Part shown: positions 56,741 through 64,000 of the stretch, in pieces
How the letters are laid out: each line of letters starts with the position of its first letter
Position numbering within the stretch: position 1 is the first letter of the stretch
NCBI GenBank assembly: GCA_051294375.1
Contig: CM119263.1
Coordinates: 24,842,688-24,906,687 of the forward strand
DNA length: 64,000 nt
Origin: Paraspadella gotoi
Taxonomy: Eukaryota; Animalia; Chaetognatha
Direction of reading: 5' to 3'
Notes under the pieces: generated by a model
Database searches by the model: none
Seen by the model: only the letters and a program-made list of their open reading frames with translations
Told to the model about the DNA's origin: nothing
Position numbers and translations under genes: made by a program

Positions 56741-56741
<1 letters not shown>

Positions 56742-56789
<48 letters not shown>

Positions 56790-56791
56790 AA

Positions 56792-56888
<97 letters not shown>

Positions 56889-56952
56889 CAAGAAAGAAAG
56901 AAATTTGGGAACTCAAATGAAAGAAAGAAAGAAAGAAAGAAAGAAAGAAAAA

Positions 56953-56996
<44 letters not shown>

Positions 56997-56997
56997 G

Positions 56998-57032
<35 letters not shown>

Positions 57033-57035
57033 GGA
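56742..57035. repeat. Compound (AAAG)n-(AAAT)n-(AAAG)n-(GA)n microsatellite (noisy copies ~22410-22750, ~38900-39240)
   Basis: Read directly. Confidence 0.95.
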
Positions 57036-57968
57036 GGCAAATAAATGCGCGATAAAGGTGAAAAAAAGGAGGGGAAAACCAGATGAAGCTAATGAAAGTA
57101 AAAGGTAAAATAACAGAAAAAGGGGAAAATTAAGTCGAAGACGAGGCAGCAGAAAAAAAAAGTAGACGAAAAAAAAATTCCAGGAAGAAAAAAAAAGGTT
57201 AAAAATAAATAAGAAAAAAAAGAAGATAAAGAAAGTTTTTTCTTTTTTTTTTAACCGGGAGACTCACCGCTCCGTCGGCTCACAACAAAAAAGGCGATCG
57301 CTAATGTATTCCGTGAACTAAAATGGCTCGAATAAAGAGCGGAATGCCTCGCATATTTTATCGATTAATGTGGAGGAGCCTCCCGTTTTTTTTTCGTTGT
57401 AGCGAGAAGGCCCCGGGCACGAGGGCGATCCACGATGGATTGATCAGACCCCGGGCTGCCGACGACGAAAATAGCGACGATAACGATGACGATATAACGA
57501 CGATATCGATCATGAAAGCCGTTAAGAACAATGAAGATCGACAAGATGTATAACGAGTATATGACGTTATATAACGATATATAACGTTATTAACGACGTT
57601 TGTGAGGATATCGACGAAATCAATGACGGTAACGATGACGAAGATAATTGCATTGGACAAAAAAAAAATTAAAATACTTAAATCTTTGACTTTGACTAAT
57701 GGATTATTATTATGGCTAATGGCCTATTAAGAGTTCTTTGTCAATGACCTTGTCACGATTGCTTTCCGAAATGACAATATATCCCGTCTTTTAAACAACA
57801 ATAATAATTACAACGATAATAATGACAAAGACAACGGCTAACGGAGAAACTCTTAGTCAGCTTCTTTTAAAACCGCCCTAAGAAGAAAGGGCCGACGCCC
57901 GCCGACGCCACCGCCTGGAACTCCTGTCGGTCGGCGTCGTTAAGCGCTAAGCAGCACAACATCAGATC

Positions 57969-57980
57969 GGCGCCATCTTT
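57969..57980 (+). promoter_or_regulatory. YY1-type motif (CGCCATCTT; AAGATGGCG on minus)
   Basis: ggcgccatcttt here and gccgccatctt at 23740 match the YY1 consensus CGCCATnTT. Motif match only. Confidence 0.3.
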
Positions 57981-58430
57981 TTTTAGGGGGTGGGAGAAGG
58001 GGGCGCTAAAAAGGCGGTCGAGTTCAACTTTCGTTTCTATCTTGCGCCTTTGTTCTGTTTTCTTTTTCTCGGGTCAACTCAACTCCGCCCCCCGCCCCCC
58101 CCCCCAGGCATGATCGCTGCCAAACACTCCAATGCCTTTCATCGCCAAAGGTCATTCATTGCCTTCGCTTCGAGAAATGCCATCCTCTCCACGGACGGGA
58201 GGAGCTGCGGACAATCCTTGGCGCTGGATGGGAACCAAAAACTGGCCGAACGGGGATAGTTCCTTTGTTTTCCGCGCCCGGCGGTGGAAGCCAAAACGGT
58301 CGAGGGCTGAAATGTGGTCAAGTAAAAGTCATCGACCGATATCGAGAACCCTTCTGCCTGATGTAATACTGATGTGATGTAATATAGATATGGACTCAAT
58401 GTATTGCGCAAGGTTAGTTCGATATTTTAA

Positions 58431-58660
58431 AATCGACGCCCGAGCATTGGCGCCGTTTCCACCCAACAAGATAGATGGCACTTAAAATTGGCGCACGATC
58501 ACCGGCGCCCTAAAGAAAGTAGGCACTTTAACATTGGCGCTTAATCACAAGCACCCGAAAAATAGTTGGAACATTTAAATTGTTACCCAACCACTGGCGT
58601 CCGACGTATATTGGGCAGAAAAAAAATGGCGCCCAACTGTCGGCGCCTAGCAATCGGTGG
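58431..58660. repeat. Degenerate ~14-bp-period array of (T/C)GGCGCC-like cores (copies ~24230-24470, ~40720-40960)
   Basis: Cores at ~58435, 58449, 58477, 58490, 58504, 58522, 58536, 58550, 58596, 58628 and 58642. Confidence 0.6.
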
Positions 58661-58869
58661 CTTAAATTTTGAATGCGTCAGCGAACGTGATTCCGTCAAG
58701 AAGAAGAAGAAGGAAAAAAGGAGGAAGAAGATTTTATTTCCTTTGCTCTTTTTTTTGTTGTCAAGGGAGGAAAGAGAGGAAAGAAATTAAAACAAAAAGA
58801 GCAAGATGAGAAGAAAAGAAGGAACTACTGACAGAAAAAGAAGGGTATAACTAAATAAACAAAGAGAGA

Positions 58870-58870
58870 T

Positions 58871-58960
<90 letters not shown>
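58870..58960. repeat. (AAAG)n microsatellite
   Basis: Read directly. Confidence 0.95.
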
Positions 58961-58961
<1 letters not shown>

Positions 58962-59102
58962 GAACAATGAATAACAGAGAAAATAAGAAAGCAAAGAAAA
59001 AAGAGAAAGATTGAAAAAACAGACAGAGCAAAGCTAAAACCGGTTTTCGCTGTGAAAAACCACACGATTATTCCCAACGAGACGCTCGATTACGACCTCT
59101 GC

Positions 59103-59195
<93 letters not shown>
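59103..59195. repeat. (CT)n microsatellite
   Basis: Read directly. Confidence 0.95.
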
Positions 59196-59196
<1 letters not shown>

Positions 59197-60475
59197 TGAA
59201 GCCTTGTCACCAAAATTCCCCCCGCGACTCCGTGAACCGAGTGAAAAATGTCTTCGACCCAAAGTCACCGCCTCCGTTTCAATGAGGGTTGGGGGGGGAG
59301 AGTGACGGGATGAGAGGGGGGGGTTGAATAGCGGCTGAAGGAGTATTGGAGAAGGAGGAGGACAGGGGGAAGGGGGAAGGGGCCTTGACTGCCGCTCGCT
59401 TCTTTTATTTTTATTTTTATTTATTTTTTCTCGTTTCGGTTTTTCGAAACGAGAATCAATAAATGTTTGACGTTTTTTTTCCCAGAGTTCGCGAAAAAGA
59501 TTGTTCCGCGCTTTAACCGAACTGGGGCTGGGTCGAGCTGAAAGAGTTGGGGGTACATAGCGTCGGGGGTGGCGCGGCGCGGGGCCGGGGGGTACAAAGA
59601 ATACCACAGACAAGGCTTCGCGTTTCGGCATATTTCCGCGGGGCGTGGCGACACGAAATTGATTTGATACGAATTCAAATTCGCATGAATAAGTACTGCT
59701 GGGGTTTTCGCCCGGACGAGTCTTGGTTGTATTTTTTTATATTTATAATTTCTAAATTTGACACTTTGTACAAATTATTAACATATTAATTGGATATTGG
59801 AAGAAATTCAGAGAAATAATCAAGGAAATCAAGCTACATACGTAAAGACCGAGTTATTTATTTATTCTCTCAATACAATTTAGCATAAGGGTTGAGGTAC
59901 AAAGTAGAGAGATTTGATTTGGCAAATAATACAATTTAGCTTATGGGTTTGAATAAAACTTTTAATTTGACTTTAATGAACTCAAAAGATCGAAGAGTCG
60001 CGGGCTCATTCCGGTATTTTGAGTGAGCTTTTGACTCACAAAGACACGATCGCGCCTTTTTAGCATTTTTAACTTTGCCATTACTTTTCAAAAGTGGCAA
60101 CGACGAAACACAAACAGAAAACCGTCGTCATGATAACGAGAGCGAAAGGAAAAAAGAGCCTCTGTTTTAATTACTCAAAGAGGAGCGCGTGGAAAGGTTC
60201 TCGGGCGAAAGACGACTGAGGCGAGGAGAGGGGGAGGAAGTATTTCGAAAGGAAAGGGGAGTCATGTGTTCCGCTTTGTTTCACACGCTGACAAACACCC
60301 GGACACGCGCGCGTGTAAAAAATAAAACAAAAAAGCAACTTGTCAGAGGAGAAAATAAAAAGAAAGCGAGAAGAAGAGATTCCCACTCTTTTACCCGTCT
60401 TCGTCGTTGTTGTCGTCTTCGTCGGCGTCCTTGCCAGTTTTTGCCAGCACCTCCCAAGAATGCTATTTCTTCGTG

Positions 60476-60538
60476 TCACTGTTCACTGTTCAGTGTTCAG
60501 CGTTTAGTGCTCAGTTCAGTGTTCAGTGTTCAGTGCTC
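60476..60538. repeat. 7-bp tandem repeat (cagtgtt)n, ~9 imperfect units
   Basis: cactgttcactgttcagtgttcagcgtttagtgctcagttcagtgttcagtgttcagtgctc. Confidence 0.85.
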
Positions 60539-61781
60539 TATCTTTCCATCACCATCACAACTGTAAATCGCCGGTCTATGACTTTATTCAGTTCGTCTAA
60601 AACAATAAAGATTTTTTTTTAACTTTTGTATGTACACATATTTTAAATTACGAGCGACATTTTTTCTAAATTCTTCTTCCCACCCATCGTCGCGCACGGG
60701 AATATAAATAGTATAATTTTGTTTTTGCCCGTCGTCAAATTCCGCGAGCGGCGCTTGGCATTTGAGTCACGTTAAGCGGAAACAGCGCCTCTTCCCGCCA
60801 CAAAAGTGACAAACGAAAAAAAGAGCAACGCCAGAATAAAGAATTTCGCGGGGCAAAGACGAGCCAAGCGTTTCTGCCAGCGACGCCGCCGCCGCCGCCG
60901 CCGCCGCCGCAGAGACCGACCGCTCTCTCCTATATTTATTTGCTTAGGGTTTTTTTTTTGGTTTCTGTTGAAAAAGGAAGCGTTATTGCTGACTTCGTTG
61001 TCGTTGTTGTCGTTGTCATCGTCAGCTTCATCGTTGTCATTCTTTGCGCGGTTTCCACACTAAATGTCATTAAATTTCGTCGATATCATTAAAAATTCAA
61101 TCGACTAATGTAAATGTTTAGATTGCATTATGACTATTCTTATCACTTTTTTTCATCGTATTCATCGTGGTCATCGTCGTCGTCTTCGCTGTCGTCGTTG
61201 AGTCCATCCGACATTGTTGGTTTTTTTCCCCCATTTTGTTATCGTCTCTAAGAACGTCGTCGTCGTCGTCGTCGTCGGTGTCGTTACGGTTATGGTCGTT
61301 GTCGTTGTTTGGGATTTGATGTGGTTTTGCTCGACTCGCGTGAAAGTGGATTTTTGCGCCAAACAAAAAAGACGACGACGACGACGACGACGCCACCAAC
61401 GCGAACTAAATTTTGTTTGTTTTCCGAACTGCGGCCTAATCCAGAAATTAATCCCGCGGAAGGGAGAAAAAGCCTTTTAAAAAGGTTTGGCTCTGCCTTA
61501 AATCACAATTAAGGCTAAAACAACTAGAGATTTTCATTTGTCCCTCTGGGTAACGGGGTTGCTCGCTGCGTGGAGCGGATTGTTCGAATGAAAGGCGAAT
61601 CTATGAGTACGGACTACTTCACAAAGAGAAGCTTAATTTAGTGAAATGTTTTCAGCTAGGCAGAAAAAAAAAAGATAGTTGGTGTTTTTGTGGTAACTAA
61701 GTAAATAAATGAATAAACGAATGAACGAATGAGTGAATAAATAAATGAATTCTGCAACCAGACGCTTTTCCTCCCCCCCCC

Positions 61782-62113
61782 NNNNNNNNNNNNNNNNNNN
61801 NNNNNNNNNNNNNNNNNNNNNNNNNNNNNNNNNNNNNNNNNNNNNNNNNNNNNNNNNNNNNNNNNNNNNNNNNNNNNNNNNNNNNNNNNNNNNNNNNNNN
61901 NNNNNNNNNNNNNNNNNNNNNNNNNNNNNNNNNNNNNNNNNNNNNNNNNNNNNNNNNNNNNNNNNNNNNNNNNNNNNNNNNNNNNNNNNNNNNNNNNNNN
62001 NNNNNNNNNNNNNNNNNNNNNNNNNNNNNNNNNNNNNNNNNNNNNNNNNNNNNNNNNNNNNNNNNNNNNNNNNNNNNNNNNNNNNNNNNNNNNNNNNNNN
62101 NNNNNNNNNNNNN
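61782..62113. other. Unfilled scaffold gap (332 N); a second unfilled gap at 62517-62581 (65 N)
   Basis: N runs in the sequence. Confidence 1.
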
Positions 62114-62980
62114 GATTGCTTCATCATCATTCTTCGCCCAAACGTGAAACACAAAAGGACAAAAACCGTGGAGCGGAAGATCTCTCTCTCTCTCTCTGTC
62201 GGTGCGGTCCGACGTTGTTAAGATAGAAAATGTCGTTTGTCATCCCTTGTTCGATGATTATGTTTGGACCGTGACGAGATTCTCGTCTTTGGGGATAAAA
62301 AGACCGACGTCTCGTATTTGGAAAATTCCTTCCTTCTTGATTGTTGTTCATCGCGTTGGTTATGAGGTGAAAAAAGTTTTTCAGTTTCCACAGCGAATCC
62401 ACAGATGGTCGAGTTGGATTTTTTCCTGGCGACTCTCCTTTTTAAAGTCGTCACATTTTCGAGTTTCTAATTATGAAAGTGTTGCCGTCTGTCATTTAAT
62501 TTTTTTTCCTTTTTCCNNNNNNNNNNNNNNNNNNNNNNNNNNNNNNNNNNNNNNNNNNNNNNNNNNNNNNNNNNNNNNNNNACCGCGACACTAACTCACC
62601 ATCTGAACTGATCCCACCAATAAGACCGCGAAAAACGCTTCTAAAACTCCCGTCTCTAGACCACCGAGTCGTCAACAAACAAGAAGCATAAATGAAAAAG
62701 CAAAAAACCAAAGTTTTCTTCTTTCGGTTTCCAATCGGAATTTATCGTCTGCTTTCGTCGTCGTCGTCGTCGTCGTCGTTGTCGGGGAAAAAGTCAATCT
62801 TCAATTTATCCCACAGCATCGACCCTCATAGTTTTCGTTCTTTGTTTTCTTTCGGCTTAACTTGAATTTTTTTTTGCCTTTTTTTTGCTTTTTGTTTTTC
62901 AATGTTTGGCCAGTTAGCCTCTCGCTTTGCCGAGAAGGGGCTTTTTCTTTCTTAGCTTGGCTTCCTTCTTTTCGACTTTG

Positions 62981-62982
<2 letters not shown>

Positions 62983-63069
<87 letters not shown>

Positions 63070-63070
63070 T
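62983..63070. repeat. (TTTC)n microsatellite
   Basis: Read directly. Confidence 0.95.
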
Positions 63071-63723
63071 AACACTTTGTTCCTTCATCACTTTCGCTAG
63101 AGGGTATTGAAGGATTACCGGTCCGACTTTTCTGTTTTTTTCTCTCACCTCTTGTCTCACCTTCTTAGGTGGTGAGCTTCGAAGTTGGGTATTAGAAGAC
63201 CCCTGTTTGCCTTTTGGCTTTCCTTTTTTTTCATTTTAAACCCTCCTACCTTTGTTAGCGCTTTGCTTAGGCTCTTCCCACTTTCCTCCATTTCATTTGG
63301 GTTTCCTACTTTTTTATTTCCTCCCTATCTCTTTTTAAACCTACATCAAAGATGCCATTAGTAATGGATCTTTGCGAGTAGAATTTATCTCCGATCCATC
63401 TTTCCCACCTTCTTTCCTTCCCATTCCTTACCCGCATCGATTTCTATTGAAATTGGACTTTGCCACGGATCTTTATAATTTCTCTGCTTTCTCCCCATCT
63501 CACCTTCTTTTCTTTCCTCCCTTCCCGTCCTTTCCACCCTTGCAGATGGTTGCAGATGGTCTTTTCTATGTGCCTTTACCATTTACATATCTCTCCTTTT
63601 CTCCCTTCCTTTCTTTCCTCCCTCACCTACGTTTGAGGTTGACTTTGCTATGTGACTTTGACATTTACATTTCTCTCCTTTCCTCCCCCTTCCTTCTCTT
63701 TCCTCCCTTTTCTCCCTCCTCAC

Positions 63724-63853
63724 CTTCGTTGGAGGTGGGCTTCGGAATGGGGTGCCAGAAGACGCCGGTTTGACCTTTTGACTCGAAGATCTCGACGCCG
63801 GCGGAGGAAGCGGCGACGAGAAGAGAGCGCCCGTGGAGATTCACCCATTTCGC
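63724..63853 (-). CDS. WDR54: 130-bp internal exon of a WD repeat-containing protein 54-like gene; upstream exons lie beyond the window end
   Basis: Canonical acceptor ctccctccag|GCG and donor GAAG|gtgagg. Open frame AKWVNLHGRSLLVAASSAGVEIFESKGQTGVFWHPIPKPTSNE aligns without gaps to recalled human WDR54 VHWCVLPFRVLLVLTSHRGIQMYESNGYTMVYWHAL. Confidence 0.7.
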
Positions 63854-64000
63854 CTGGAGGGAGACGTGATTTAAAAGGGGATCGAGTGATTTTTTGGGCG
63901 GTTGTTGTTGCTGTTGTTGTTGTTGTTGTTTTAGGTCGATTTTTCGTAGTCGTCGTCAACCAAATTGGGAAACTATTTATAAAATTCGGTTAGAAAAATA

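Larger units (their letters stand above)
51897..59860 (+). repeat. Independent version of ~17172-25740 that continues into unique sequence (59860-64000)
   Basis: Collinear landmarks from ggggtgaagtgaaactcc to aagctacatacgtaa, with a different indel pattern and cleaner microsatellites. Confidence 0.9.

Noticed and set aside
62598-62640. Possible small minus-strand exon (ttttag|...GATG|gtgagt) and a GPNIIIE peptide near 62250-62270
   Set aside because: The matching WDR54 segments are already supplied by the 55788-56143 exon; the matches are short and lie beside gaps.

Overview
Eukaryotic (probably invertebrate animal) scaffold, CpG-rich and dense in microsatellites. About 60 kb of the window is one ~17-kb locus present 3-4 times in direct and inverted orientation around five 25-N gaps. 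The copies share indel errors, switch orientation next to gaps, and two end in a SMRTbell-like tail, so most of the redundancy is best explained by long-read gap-filling artefacts. Two coding signals remain once it is collapsed. The first is a minus-strand WDR54-like WD-repeat gene missed by the ORF track (exons 63724-63853, 55788-56143 and ~55340-55737; the last two carry indel frameshifts and have two duplicate copies). The second is an intronless Glu/Arg- and Pro-rich ORF of unknown function (304-1773, minus), whose real N-terminus probably lies in a 1.6-kb segment seen in both orientations. There is also a frame-preserving 60/66-bp minisatellite and a ~14-bp-period GGCGCC array. No rRNA, tRNA, CRISPR, transposase or reverse transcriptase was recognised, and no novel system is firmly supported. 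Protein matches are from memory, not from a search.
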